Numbered from the stretch's first letter, positions 24,221 to 39,092 are shown. The stretch: 64,000 bases of DNA from Paraspadella gotoi (GCA_051294375.1 CM119270.1:13991316-14055315), one strand, 5' to 3'. A program made the numbers and translations. Notes: generated from the sequence alone by a model not told the origin.

Positions 24221-24810
24221 CGAGAATTTCGTCATTCAAGTCTTAATCTCGAAAAAGGATTGAAGAAGACGAATGACAGGAAGAGGAAATTAAAAGGAGA
24301 GTATCAATTTTTGAATGTGAAGCATAAAAGTCGGCGATATTCGAATTTGTATATTGATTAATGAATATATGCGACGACATCTGTTAATCAAAATAATTTT
24401 TAACTTCACGGACCGAGGAAATTTAAAAACTAGTTGAAAAGGATTATATTTATTTAGAGATATTGAATTTTAACTAAGCTCTAATTTGACGAAGGTTATA
24501 ATAGAATAGAATCAACTTGAATAATAAAATGAAAAGGAATCGATCGGTTCTACCTCTCACCCGCTTCTTTTCAAAACGACTCCACTGTATTCACTCATTT
24601 TCTTCTTTCAAAGTCGACTTGTTTATTACTGTATCTGCTTCGCTACTTCGCATATAAATGAAAAACGGAATTTCATTTTTTTCCCTTACTTTTCTTTCTT
24701 ATTCTTTCTTTTTTATTTATTTTTTTTTTCTCTGTTTTAATCGGCGGCGTCGTCCATTGAAGCGAGAGCGGCGACTTCTCATTTTTTTTCTCTCTCTCTC
24801 TCATTTTTCT

Positions 24811-24923
<113 letters not shown>

Positions 24924-27356
24924 TTTTTAAAAGTGTTCTCACTCGACTGCCTCTTTTCAGAGGCAACGACGCCGCAGATCTTCACGCAAAATTCATTGCG
25001 TTTTTCTTGTTGTTTTACAACTTTATGTTTTTGTTGTTCTCGCTGCCTAATGAGTTCGTTGTATACATATTTTAGTTTGGTTTATCTTGGAATTACAAAT
25101 ATAATTTTTATAATTTTTTTCACTATCAAATTTTTAATATAAATTAGGCATTCTAGATATCGCAGTCAAGTTGGCTTTATTTCATACATTAGTCCAACTC
25201 AAATCCGTAATAAAGGGGTGATGACAAAAATATATATAAAGCATAAGCTTTTTATAAGTTTAGTAGAGCTAACGATATATTCATTTTTTTGTTTGCATCT
25301 TGTTCATCATTTTGATCTATTTTCGGCTTGGTAATCAACGCAAACTGTTTAAATATTCATGACATCACAAAAAAGAAGAGAAAGAGGGAGNNNNNNNNNN
25401 NNNNNNNNNNNNNNNNNNNNNNNNNNNNNNNNNNNNNNNNNNNNNNNNNNNNNNNNNNNNNNNNNNNNNNNNNNNNNNNNNNNNNNNNNNNNNNNNNNNN
25501 NNNNNNNNNNNNNNNNNNNNNNNNNNNNNNNNNNNNNNNNNNNNNNNNNNNNNNNNNNNNNNNNNNNNNNNNNNNNNNNNNNNNNNNNNNNNNNNNNNNN
25601 NNNNNNNNNNNNNNNNNNNNNNNNNNNNNNNNNNNNNNNNNNNNNNNNNNNNNNNNNNNNNNNNNNNNNNNNNNNNNNNNNCTAACATCGAAACATCGCG
25701 TTCTGTGGAACCAAAGAGAAACTAATCAACCGTATTATGAACCTCGTTGCTAAAACGCCTCGTGGGAACGACGACGACGACGACNNNNNNNNNNNNNNNN
25801 NNNNNNNNNNNNNNNNNNNNNNNNNNNNNNNNNNNNNNNNNNNNNNNNNNNNNNNNNNNNNNNNNNNNNNNNNNNNNNNNNNNNNNNNNNNNNNNNNNNN
25901 NNNNNNNNNNNNNNNNNNNNNNNNNNNNNNNNNNNNNNNNNNNNNNNNNNNNNNNNNNNNNNNNNNNNNNNNNNNNNNNNNNNNNNNNNNNNNNNNNNNN
26001 NNNNNNNNNNNNNNNNNNNNNNNNNNNNNNNNNNNNNNNNNNNNNNNNNNNNNNNNNNNNNNNNNNNNNNNNNNNNNNNNNNNNNNNNNNNNNNNNNNNN
26101 NNNNNNNNNNNNNNNNNNNNNNNNNNNNNNNNNNNNNNNNNNNNNNNNNNNNNNNNNNNNNNNNNNNNNNNNNNNNNNNNNNNNNNNNNGGGCGATAGCG
26201 GGGTGGAGAGATTGTCGAAGGGTAGAGTGTTAAAATTTCAGTTTGTTGATGGTGTTAATTATTGACTATGCACGATAAAAAATAATAATCTCAAGTCATT
26301 GCAATAATCTTACATTTCTCGAAGCTGAAAAGAGCGAATTAAGCTGCAAGAGCAGCATCTATTTATAGATTTAAGGGGGTGTTTATCCGCAAAACAGTAA
26401 AGAGAGGATGCGTTAGAGACGGAGGCGAAGGTTTAAGGGGATAACAACTGACTCAGAATACGGGGGAAGATGTTGTCATTTGCGGGGGAATAAAGGGCGT
26501 CTTTCTCTCCGTCTTTTCCTTTCGAATGCTGTCTCTCTCTTTCTATCTCGTCTGACTGTCTCTAGCTTTTTATCCCACGTCCCCAGTCGTCCCCTCTCAC
26601 TCTCTCTCACTCTCTCTCACTCTCTCTCTCCGGCAGAAAACTCTTAGTACAGCGTTCGCCGCTCGGCTTAAAATCGCGAAAAAGCCGATTAAGGAGTTTT
26701 AAATGCGGCTAAAAGCAGCCATTTTTTCTCTCTCTCTCTCTATCATTCTCTTTCTCACTCTCCTTTTCGCCGCAAATTTAATTCAAATCGGTTTGAAATT
26801 CGCTTCTATTCTAGAAATCAATTTCGAAATTCGCTTATATTCTATGTAGAAATCGCTTTTGGAAATTGCTCTTGGAAAACACTGGAATCACCTTTGGTTT
26901 CCAATAATTGTGAATGGAACTATACCAACATTTTAAAATACTGTAATTTGTCTTCCGGAGTTTTTTTAAATAAATAAAAATTGTTAACAGCATTTCCAAT
27001 GGCGCACGTCTGCAAATTGCTGAAGTTTATTGATTGGAAAAGATTTTATCAAACTCCCGATAAAACTATTCGTGACACATGCGAGATTTTGTAATTTTTT
27101 GGACTTTAGTACAACTCGCAGAAAGATTAACAAACTATATAATTTGATGTTAAATTTAAGAATAAAACATTTTTTTTCTTAAAAAAAATCTGATAATTAG
27201 GCTATTACTATGCTAATTTTAATTTCAAAGGTCTACTCAATTATACATCATGATTAAAGTTTTGTTTCTTATATACTGGCTACAGACTTTAAAATTTTGT
27301 TCAAAAGAGGAAAATTAAATTAAATTAATTTTAAGGTTCATCCCTTTCCATTTTCA

Positions 27357-27432
<76 letters not shown>

Positions 27433-29490
27433 AAAAGATCCACTAAAAACAACAGATGGTGAATTCTGATCGTCGATGACCAAGAAATGAGGAGAAGGTG
27501 AAGTAAGAACATCGAGGAAATGAGTAAAAATGGATGAAAGAAAAAAGATGATAAAGATGGTGGAAATGAAGTTAGAAACACTTAAAATAAAAATAAATAA
27601 TGAATTCGAGTAGGGGTTGGCAAGGAATGACGAAACCAAAATATTACGTGAAAATGTTTTAAAAGACTATATAATATAAAAGAAAAGATTAAAATGAACC
27701 AATCTGTAAATGAAAGATTGAAAATGACGTTGCGTTAAGGGAAAAATGGGCGACGTGAACGATGAAGATTTCGAATTAAAAAAAAGGAAGAAAAAAGAAA
27801 AAAAAGGAAAGAAAGACAGCAATAAAAAAGAAGAAAAGTAAGAAAGAAATGAAGAAAAAAAGTAAATGAGAAAGAAAGAGAAAAGGAGAAAAGAGAGAAA
27901 GCGTGAATGAAAAGTCTTTGAGGTCGAAAAAAATTGGAAAGGCTTNNNNNNNNNNNNNNNNNNNNNNNNNNNNNNNNNNNNNNNNNNNNNNNNNNNNNNN
28001 NNNNNNNNNNNNNNNNNNNNNNNNNNNNNNNNNNNNNNNNNNNNNNNNNNNNNNNNNNNNNNNNNNNNNNNNNNNNNNNNNNNNNNNNNNNNNNNNNNNN
28101 NNNNNNNNNNNNNNNNNNGAAAGGTTTTTAACAAAGAGCACTTAACATGAGCGTTTATGAAATTGTGAACATCAACAAGAGCTTCACCATTAACTCATTG
28201 GAAAAGGGATCCAATTTTGGAATAAAAAAAAATTGCATCATTAAAAAAATAGATAACCATATTAGGGGTCTAATTACATTTCGTGCAACGAATTCTGGGT
28301 CGACGATAAAACGGAAAAGAAAAGAAAATAAATTGTGGCACAACATTTTTGCGAGTCTTCGACAAAATTGCTCGTATTCATTGGCGTTGCTCATGCAATA
28401 CTGTGATACGTATGTAAAACAATATGTANNNNNNNNNNNNNNNNNNNNNNNNNNNNNNNNNNNNNNNNNNNNNNNNNNNNNNNNNNNNNNNNNNNNNNNN
28501 NNNNNNNNNNNNNNNNNNNNNNNNNNNNNNNNNNNNNNNNNNNNNNNNNNNNNNNNNNNNNNNNNNNNNNNNNNNNNNNNNNNNNNNNNNNNNNNNNNNN
28601 NNNNNNNNNNNNNNNNNNNNNNNNNNNNNNNNNNNNNNNNNNNNNNNNNNNNNNNNNNNNNNNNNNNNNNNNNNNNNNNNNNNNNNNNNNNNNNNNNNNN
28701 NNNNNNNNNNNNNNNNNNNNNNNNNNNNNNNNNNNNNNNNNNNNNNNNNNNNNNNNNNNNNNNNNNNNNNNNNNNNNNNNNNNNNNNNNNNNNNNNNNNN
28801 NNNNNNNNNNNNNNNNNNNNNNNNNNNNNNNNNNNNNNNNNNNNNNNNNNNNNNNNNNNNNNNNNNNNNNNNNNNNNNNNNNNNNNNNNNNNNNNNNNNN
28901 NNNNNNNNNNNNNNNNNNNNNNNNNNNNNNNNNNNNNNNNNNNNNNNNNNNNNNNNNNNNNNNNNNNNNNNNNNNNNNNNNNNNNNNNNNNNNNNNNNNN
29001 NNNNNNNNNNNNNNNNNNNNNNNNNNNNNNNNNNNNNNNNNNNNNNNNNNNNNNNNNNNNNNNNNNNNNNNNNNNNNNNNNNNNNNNNNNNNNNNNNNNN
29101 NNNNNNNNNNNNNNNNNNNNNNNNNNNNNNNNNNNNNNNNNNNNNNNNNNNNNNNNNNNNNNNNNNNNNNNNNNNNNNNNNNNNNNNNNNNNNNNNNNNN
29201 NNNNNNNNNNNNNNNNNNNNNNNNNNNNNNNNNNNNNNNNNNNNNNNNNNNNNNNNNNNNNNNNNNNNNNNNNNNNNNNNNNNNNNNNNNNNNNNNNNNN
29301 NNNNNNNNNNNNNNNNNNNNNNNNNNNNNNNNNNNNNNNNNNNNNNNNNNNNNNNNNNNNNNNNNNNNNNNNNNNNNNNNNNNNNNNNNNNNNNNNNNNN
29401 NNNNNNNNNNNNNNNNNNNNNGAGAGAGAGAGAGAGAGAGAGAGAGAGCGTCAGGCAGAAATCAATTTCCATTCCGTTTCTCATTTCCGC

Positions 29491-29550
29491 AGAACAAAGT
29501 GAAGAACGAGGAGAACAAAGTGAAGAACGGGGAGAACAAAGTGAAGAACC
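29491..29550 (+). repeat. 21-bp tandem repeat, about 3 copies
   Basis: agaacaaagtgaagaacg(a/g)gg is repeated. Confidence 0.8.
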
Positions 29551-30642
29551 GCGCGAAGGGCGACGAGTTGAAGAGCCTCTTCACGTCGTCCGCTCACAAG
29601 TGCCAGTAGAGTCCTCTCGCTGGCGGGAGACCGTTGCATCTCTGTCTCTTTGTGTCTATGTCTCTCTCTTCTTCTCTCTTTATTTCTCAATCCATTTTCC
29701 TATAGCTGAAGACTCCATCTCCTTCTCTTTATNNNNNNNNNNNNNNNNNNNNNNNNNNNNNNNNNNNNNNNNNNNNNNNNNNNNNNNNNNNNNNNNNNNN
29801 NNNNNNNNNNNNNNNNNNNNNNNNNNNNNNNNNNNNNNNNNNNNNNNNNNNNNNNNNNNNNNNNNNNNNNNNNNNNNNNNNNNNNNNNNNNNNNNNNNNN
29901 NNNNNNNNNNNNNNNNNNNCTCTCTTTCCAAGCCGCTCTCTTTTACTCTCCAACTGAAGTGTAATTGTCGAACGTTTTGTCAAATGATTAACGATTATTT
30001 TTTTTCCGACTTTTATTTGCAAGTTGTACAGAAAAGGTTTTTAAGTGTTATAAAACGTTAATTTAAAGTAACTAAATTTAAACGTTTAGTAACATAATTC
30101 ATATATGAAGTTTATTTTTTTGACATGAAGATACCGAAAACGAAAAGGCGACGGCGACTTTAGACCCTCAGAGGCCGACCCAAATCATTGGTCCCTTTTC
30201 GTCGAAGCCGTCTCGATTTAACAAGGAAGCGGGGAATCAGAAATACACGAGACTTTCTCTAATTGCGCGGGAAAAACCACAACAATTCGCTGAATAACCT
30301 TTACTAATATTTAAGAATTTCTTTGCGCCAAACTCAGTTAAGTCCGGCAATATTGAATTTCCTTCTGGAAGGGAAGTATCGTTGTCGTCGTCGTCGTCGT
30401 CGTCGTCGTTCATATCGTCTTCAACGATGCGTCTATACTTGTCCTCGCGTCGTGATAACGATGACAACCTTCGCTAAAGGCCAAGCGAGCGATAAAGGGG
30501 AGGAAAGGAGAAGGGAGGAAAAGGAAAGAGAGAGAAAGTAAGTCAATGAAAGTAGGGGTATAATGAGAATAGAAAAAAAAACACCAAGGACTGGGGTAAG
30601 AAGGAAAACATAGAAGAAGCAGAATAAGGAGAAAATTAAAAA

Positions 30643-31645
30643 AAGTCAAGCGTCGTTAATAGAAGGGCGAAGGAGAAAGAGAAAGGTAACAAAGAAAGAG
30701 AAGCTAAAACTGTTGATAAGAAGGAGCGACGGCGAAGGAGAATGGGGGCAGAAAAGACAGGCACNNNNNNNNNNNNNNNNNNNNNNNNNNNNNNNNNNNN
30801 NNNNNNNNNNNNNNNNNNNNNNNNNNNNNNNNNNNNNNNNNNNNNNNNNNNNNNNNNNNNNNNNNNNNNNNNNNNNNNNNNNNNNNNNNNNNNNNNNNNN
30901 NNNNNNNNNNNNNNNNNNNNNNNNNNNNNNNNNNNNNNNNNNNNNNNNNNNNNNNNNNNNNNNNNNNNNNNNNNNNNNNNNNNNNNNNNNNNNNNNNNNN
31001 NNNNNNNNNNNNNNNNNNNNNNNNNNNNNNNNNNNNNNNNNNNNNNNNNNNNNNNNNNNNNNNNNNNNNNNNNNNNNNNNNNNNNNNNNNNNNNNNNNNN
31101 NNNNNNNNNNNNNNNNNNNNNNNNNNNNNNNNNNNNNNNNNNNNNNNNNNNNNNNNNNNNNNNNNNNNNNNNNNNNNNNNNNNNNNNNNNNNNNNNNNNN
31201 NNNNNNNNNNNNNNNNNNNNNNNNNNNNNNNNNNNNNNNNNNNNNNNNNNNNNNNNNNNNNNNNNNNNNNNNNNNNNNNNNNNNNNNNNNNNNNNNNNNN
31301 NNNNNNNNNNNNNNNNNNNNNNNNNNNNNNNNNNNNNNNNNNNNNNNNNNNNNNNNNNNNNNNNNNNNNNNNNNNNNNNNNNNNNNNNNNNNNNNNNNNN
31401 NNNNNNNNNNNNNNNNNNNNNNNNNNNNNNNNNNNNNNNNNNNNNNNNNNNNNNNNNNNNNNNNNNNNNNNNNAAAGTGAAAGAGCGGTCGTTGATAGGA
31501 GGGCGAAGGAGAAAGAGAAAAGTAACAAAAAGAAGCTTAAAAAAGTCAAGCGTCGTGATAGAAGGCGAAGGAGAAAGAGAAAGGGTAACATAAACAAAAA
31601 GAGAATGCTAAACAAGGGGTAACAAAAAAAAGAGAAGCTAAAAAA
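30643..31645 (+). repeat. Degenerate ~65-70-bp purine-rich minisatellite on both sides of the 30765-31473 gap
   Basis: aagtcaagcgtcgt..atagaagg(g)cgaaggagaaagagaaag(g)taaca recurs at ~30643, ~31480 and ~31543. Confidence 0.7.
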
Positions 31646-31896
31646 AGTGAATGAGGAAGATCGAAAGACAATAAATTGTATTGTGTTAAATCTCGATCGC
31701 AAATTAATATTTCCAGGCAAATTATCATACTAATCATGTTTACACATATTAATCATATTAATATTAATAACATTAATCACATCAATCTTATTAATCAATC
31801 ATATTGAAACATTCTTTAAAACATTATACCACTTCTTTGATACGGAAGCCAGGTACTCTGAGAGTGAATAAACGAGACTGTGAGAGAGTCTTGATG

Positions 31897-32039
31897 GAAA
31901 GCTTGCAGGGACCTGCTCCGTCATTATCTTGTAAGAGTGATGGAGGCCTTAAACCACCAAAGCCTGTCCAAAGTCAGGGGCAAGATTGCTTGTTTATTAA
32001 ATGAATGGATAATTTTTATATTAGTTGTACCAATTTCAT
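31897..32039 (+). mobile_element. ~145-bp dispersed repeat, copy 1
   Basis: Near-identical to 48595-48737. Partial copies at 20332-20413, ~23085-23172 (minus) and 17144-17170 (minus). Confidence 0.8.
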
Positions 32040-32547
32040 TTATTCAATTTGACTCTTTCGAATAAAGAAAAGGGATGAACCGCAAAAGAGACGTGCATAG
32101 TGCATAGTGAATGGTGCACAACAAATATCAACTGAACGCTTTGCAAAAACCTATCGGTCCGCAGTCCGCATCGTAACTACCAGTTTTTCTGAGAGGATCT
32201 GTTCGACCGGCCACTGGCCAGGAGGCGCTAAAAGGTACAAGAGCTGCCACAGCCTTTTATTTCGCTTGACATCTGGACTCTGGAGCACACAACTGATACA
32301 GCGGCAGCATCCGATACCCGACTCGTCAGATAGTCGCAGCAGCAGCTCCTGACAGCAGCAGCACTAGAAAGCAGCCGCATCCGGACGAGCAAAAGGCAAA
32401 TTGATGGGGTTAAATTTAGGGTCAGCCGAGGAAATGGAAAAAGAAGTGAAGATCTGAGGAGTTAAAAGCAAAAAATGGGAAAAAAAAGGGGAAAAAAAGG
32501 AAAAAGGAAATAAAGAGATTTGGGAAGAAGAGAAAGAAAGAAAGGGA

Positions 32548-33151
<604 letters not shown>

Positions 33152-33339
33152 AATGAGGAAGGAGTGAGAGAGAGATACAGACCATGAGAGAGAGCAAAAA
33201 AGAATAAATTTGGTTAAAAAGAAATACAAAAAATATTAAACATTCAAGCATTATTTTTTCAATAAAGAATGAGCCCCATTTTATTATTCAATCGCTATAA
33301 AATAGTTTAAAATTTAAAATGCTAAATTTCGATGCAATA

Positions 33340-33620
33340 CACCAGGACTTTTCTCAAAAGGTAGTCGGGCATTGCCAAGGTTCACCCCGCCTATAAGCTT
33401 GGCACCTTCAGTCGTGACCCTGTGGCTCATTGAGTAAAGCCATCAGCTCATGACCGCTAGGTACCTACCCAGTGGGAAGTGTGAAGACGGCCGTAAGCCG
33501 TCTTGAGGGAATGGAAAACCATCAAACCTGGTTCCAAGCCCAGGACCCGTTCCATGGCTGCTAGAGGGGGTTAAAGAAGTTGCGGATAGCATTCTTCAAC
33601 CCCACATAGCGCCTTATCCA
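33340..33620 (+). mobile_element. SINE/RTE-like GC-rich element carrying a twister-like motif
   Basis: A GC-rich island in AT-rich flanks with a perfect hairpin AAGACGGC-cgtaa-GCCGTCTT (33484-33504). GAGGGAATGGAAAACC is reminiscent of RTE-related SINE segments. Element class is inference. Confidence 0.4.
33527..33613 (+). ncRNA. Twister-like ribozyme, circularly permuted (P3-type), probably degenerate
   Basis: P4 CCTGG/CCAGG with loop TTCCAAGC (33527-33544); P2 GCTA(33560-63)/TAGC(33607-10); GAGGG (33564-68); P1 closed as a hairpin GGTT-A-AAGAA...TTCTT-C-AACC; GCC follows P2. The cleavage loop reads CCACA instead of NAA. Confidence 0.5.
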
Positions 33621-35474
33621 CAAATAAACATTAGCTGAATATTAATAAACAAACACGAAGTTTCGTACGGTCGCTTTTCAGAATAATAATAATAATAAAC
33701 TCTGGGATAAACAATTTTTCTTTACGAGGAATTAACTTGTTATAAATAAACATCGTGGCCGTCGTTTGAACGACGTTTTGACGTTTTATTTATTTATCTT
33801 TTTCAATTTTTTTTTTTTTTGCGACTTTTGTCTCTGCTATCTTCTGTCGTTGACAAATGCATATATTCTCTCTCTCTCTTCCTCCTCCTTCCTCTCTCCT
33901 CTTCTCGGCGGCTCCGCTTCGTTCTCTTCCTCCCCTTCCGGGGTTTACTCGTCGTGTCATCGTCGTCGTTCTTTGTAGCGTCAAAAATTTTTTGGGCGAG
34001 ATTTTGAAGTATTTGCAGCTGCAGGCATTGGACCACGGCCAGCGACGACGACGATGAAGACGACGTCGACCCAACTCGCGAAGAAGATTGAAGCGACGAA
34101 ATAGAACGACGGACGACGATCGACGACGAGACGACCGACGACGACGACGACGACGACTGCGACGACGACGACGCCGATCAACGCCTCGATTTTTCCTCCA
34201 GTCAGAAAGACTGGCGACGGCTTGATTGCGAGAAGAATACAAAAATATTGTCTACTGTAATCTTTTTCACGATTTTTCATTGAATTTTAACTTACGTCAC
34301 TATATTTCTTAAGACTGGCGCTTCCCTTCGTTTCAGAGAGGCAGACGGGGTTCCCCTCGGTGACAGACAGGGCGAGAAAATGAGAGAACGGAAAGTTAGA
34401 AAGAGAGAGAGAGTGAGAGAGAGAGGGGGAGAGAGAGAGAGAGACCTTAGGAGTGCTGGTCTCGTCTTCCCACGGGCGTGACATTTTCTCAAACTCCGTC
34501 TGTCAATTAAGGGAGATTTCCTTCTCCCTGCCCACTGTCTGTAGGAACCATTTTCTAATCGTCATCGGGGGTCCACAATTAAAGGTCCAGTATTCCTGTT
34601 CCACGCCAGGGGTCAGTTTTCTTTCGCAAGGGGGGTCGTTATTATTCGATGTTAAGCAACAGACGTCGCGTTTCGATCTCACGACCGTCGGGGGCCGCTA
34701 CGAGCTTCTTGGGAGCAGTAAACAAAACAAAAACAAACCTACTCTTTATTAATTCTGGACATTCTTCCGATTAAGTCAGTGATATCTTAAAAAAGTTTAA
34801 TGTTTATAAGGCATAATTCAACGAAATTTCGGTTTTAAATACAATTTATTTCCAGAAATAGGAAAACAAAATTGTCATGTGATTCAGTCAACAAAAAAAC
34901 ATTAAATTAAGACTCATCCACTTCTCTTCTTATCTACTTTACTTTTCCATTTCTCTCCATTTCTTATTCTCTTTTTTTATATTACTTCTTTAGAATTCCC
35001 CGCTTCTCCTCGCCGACTTCAATCTTCCAGTTTTCTTTTTTTTTTTATCGGATTTTTCTTTTTCCTCCCTTCTACTTACCCACCACCGCCATCTATTCAC
35101 CACCCCCTACCCTCTCACTCCCCCCTACTCCTCTCACCCCGCACTGGCGGCCATTTTTTTACCCCGATGCTTCTTTAGATTAGAAGATGTTTCCTCTCGG
35201 ACCGCGTCTTCATAGAGGGCGGATCGAAAAAAAAAAGACTCAATAAAAATTATACGCAGAAGAGGAGAGAGAGGAGAGAGAAGGACGCGAGAAGAAGAGA
35301 GAGAGAGAGGAAGAATGAGAGAGAGAGGAGAGAGAGAGTGAGAGAGAGATAGAGAGAGAATGAAAAAAATGGGAGGGCTGAGAGGAAAATCATTATTTAA
35401 AAAATGAGATGACGGGGGTTTAACTCTTTCCACTTCGATTTTCTTTTTAATCGCCGGGCTTTCTCTCTCTCTTT

Positions 35475-35583
<109 letters not shown>

Positions 35584-37645
35584 CTCTGTTTAGATTTTCT
35601 TTCATATTTCCCTACATCTCTGACTTCTAATTGCTTTTCATCCTCATCATGAAATCCTTCTCAAGTCCTGCGAAGAGGAAAAACCGAAAAGTTGGCGTCT
35701 CTGGAAAATGGAGCTACAGGGTTTTCTAGTACAATAATTTTTTAGATACTGTTTTTATATCGAATTTTAATATAAATATAATAGGCGGATAAAGTGTTAA
35801 CTTTTTATACTAATAATAAATATTGAGAACATAACATTTTGCCTCAACTTTTATTGTTAGAATATAAAAAGGTAACCGAAGTACAAAAATAATTTTTAAT
35901 GGTTAGTAGCAGTATAGTTTTGTAAAACCTGACCGTGAGATGTCTCTTAAAAAATTCAATAACCAAAGTACTTTTTTAAAATTTTATATTGCATATAGTT
36001 AAAATATATTTGTATTCTTGAATAAGCGTTTATAAGCAAATTATAAAAAAAAATGATAACGATTAGTTTTATTCACCCTGTGGGTTGTTTGGAAAAAAAA
36101 ATCTTTTTGATTAACAACAAGGATTTTGAATGGACTGACTTTCAAAGGACACGTCGATGAAAGGCCTTTGAATTTGCTTCTCGTTCGCCTTTAAAAAGAA
36201 AAACCAGAAACAAAAAGACCAACTTACTCATCTTACCCTTCAGACTTCAGCCTTCACCCTTTAACTTGAAACTTCAACTCCGATACTGAGGTTCCATCGT
36301 TTTCCATCCGACATGTAACTTGTAACTTGCAGTAAACTGAGCATAAATGTTGAATTTGTTTTTTTTTGAATGATCAAAGTTGTACTTTTGGCTAAGTTTT
36401 CCTCAAGCATCCGACTATGCCAAGTTGCAGCATTTGATTAAATCATATTTTCCAACATCTCGCGGTTCTTCCCAATGGTTTCCAACACAGAACATTATTT
36501 CAAACATGACCCTGTCTCCCCTGCTATCTCTCCGACTTCTCCCTTTCTCATCAACCCCTTCATCTTCGCGACCATCTTCTTTCTCCACGACCCTCCACCG
36601 CCTTCGTCCGGATCGCCTCGTAATCTCACGACCGAGAAGACGCCGCCTCATTATCTCGAATGCGACTAACGATGGCTTCGGTTGGCGCGAAACGCTATTG
36701 CCGTCGTTTTGCTTCATTGTTTTTTTATTTTCTAGGCCTTGTAATAATCATTTAATTAATCGTACTCGCTAACTTACCCTGCTGATTCGGAAGAGTCTTC
36801 CCTTTGACCCGACGAGACAAGTTCGCTTCCGAATTCCGCTCGGTTCCTTCAATCATTTTATTTAGGGTAAGTTTCTTATCGAAGGCTCTATTTTTTTTCG
36901 CCAGACGGCGACCGTCTGAAAAGCTCTAGCGGGAAGGAGAGTTCCGGTGATTGAACTTACCAACGACCAGTGACTGTTAGCAGTGAGGGGCACTTATCTA
37001 GGATTTGTGAAAAATGTCGAGACTTCGCTGAGATTTTCCGGTCGACGTCGCGAAATTAGTACCGTTAGGATAATTCATAAATTCAATCATTACTAAATTT
37101 TGTTATTATTTGTTATTATTGTTGTTAATATTGTTCCCGGAATAAATAACATCAAACAACAAATATAAAAATTTTCTTTGGCACTTCACCATAACACCGC
37201 TTCTCCACTCCTTACCAAAACCTCCGCAGCGCGAAAGCTTACCATTTCTTCGCCCCGACAGATTGTTCCCGATTACGTCCGGTTCCACCCCCGACCCGCC
37301 CCCTTCCTTTTTCTCCCAGGGCCGCTCACCGTTATTCCCTCCGCTCACTCTCGCCCCCCTCGTTCGCTCCCCCCCTCTCAGAAAGAGAGAGCCACCCCTT
37401 TCGCCATCCCCGTCCGTGAAACCCTCTGCCAACCGAATTTTCCTTATTTTCCCAAACACCTCGAAAAAAAGAAAAAAAAGGGAGAATTAAACCTCGAAAG
37501 AAGAAAAGAAAAAAAGAAAAGGAAAAAAAGAAAAGAAAAGGAAATTAAGGGGATTATTATTATTCGGGCGGAGAAAGAAAAGAGGACCCGCGCGGTAATC
37601 TCCGCCCCTTTGTAATCCCTCGCTCTCTCGCTCACACGCAATTTT

Positions 37646-37728
<83 letters not shown>

Positions 37729-39059
37729 GTCTTTCTCTCTCTCTCTCTCTCTCATACTTCCCGTAATTTCTCCCATTTTAAGAGTTAAAAAACTTACAAC
37801 TATTAGCATACACTTATCCTTTCACAATGGATTACTGAAACCTAAACACAACAACTTTCTTAGTCTCTTTTTGGCATCTCTCTCATTTTTCCAATTCAAA
37901 CTGCACATTGCACACTCTGCACACTCACTCCGCACACTCACTCCCACTTTTCACTTTCTCTCTCACTCTCTCTCCGTCTCCTTCAAGTGGCCCCCTTTTG
38001 TCGAATCCCATTATGTCGTTTCCCACTTCGGTTTGTTTCTCTATTCGAACGAATGGAAAGGAGAAAAAAAAAAAGGAAAAAAGGAAAAAAAAAAGGGAAA
38101 CAGAAAAGAAAGAAAGAAAAAAAGAAGTTGTTTTTCTCTTTGATTGGAAAAACAAATCTTTTTGACGACGAAGAATCGAAGAGGAGATGAATCATTTCGC
38201 GACGATGACGACGACGATGACGACGACGATGACGACAGCAGCGATGACCATAGATAGGACGAGGACAGCAACGAGAATGACAGCAATGACAATAAAGACA
38301 GAAACGAGAATTGCAGCAATGACGATATCGACGGAAACGACAATTACAATTGTCGGCAGTGACGATGTCTATTCCAACTCGAATGTCATCAATAATAATG
38401 ACAAGGGCAACGAGAAAGACAAAAGTGACCGATGGAAACGGCGACGAAAACGTCTAAGACGAATATAATTGCAGCTAGAGACTGCGAGACGCGATAATAG
38501 AAATTCCATTAGTTCGGTAGTTATTAGTTAGTTTCCATTCTTTGATATATAAAGTATCACACTGGCTTTTTAGAAGACAGATATAATCAAAACTTCGATA
38601 ACGAATCCTTGGCTTCTATTTTTGTGACTCGGACTTCCCTCGTTCCAAACTCCTGCACCAGTTATCACCACGTTGCCACCAAGTTATCACTCCGCTATCA
38701 CCAAGTTATCACTTCGCTATCACCAGATTTGCTCGGCCATAACAAAAACAAACATATTGCTGATAAGAAAAAAAAATCCCTGAGAAATGGATCAGCCCTC
38801 ATGGGTAGGTTATAGTAAGTTTTGTTGGTCGCAGTCTAGGATTGTTATCTAGGATTAAGAAAGGTAAGGAAAGGGAGAGAATAGACTTGGCGTTAATCTG
38901 GGTTGTTTGAAACCAAGTCTAAGATCTTGAATACATCGTTATGGAAAATCAGCAAAAGAAATGATTATTATTTGAAAAGCAAAACAGTATATGAAGAATA
39001 AAAAAATGCAAATCAATCATTTTTGCTTAAAATTTGGTAACTGTCTCTCTCGCTCTCTG

Positions 39060-39092
<33 letters not shown>

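Noticed and set aside
28264-28292. AGGGGTCTAATTACATTTCGTGCAAC resembling a Tc1 terminal inverted repeat
   Set aside because: No partner TIR or TA-flanked terminus is visible, and it is flanked by gaps.
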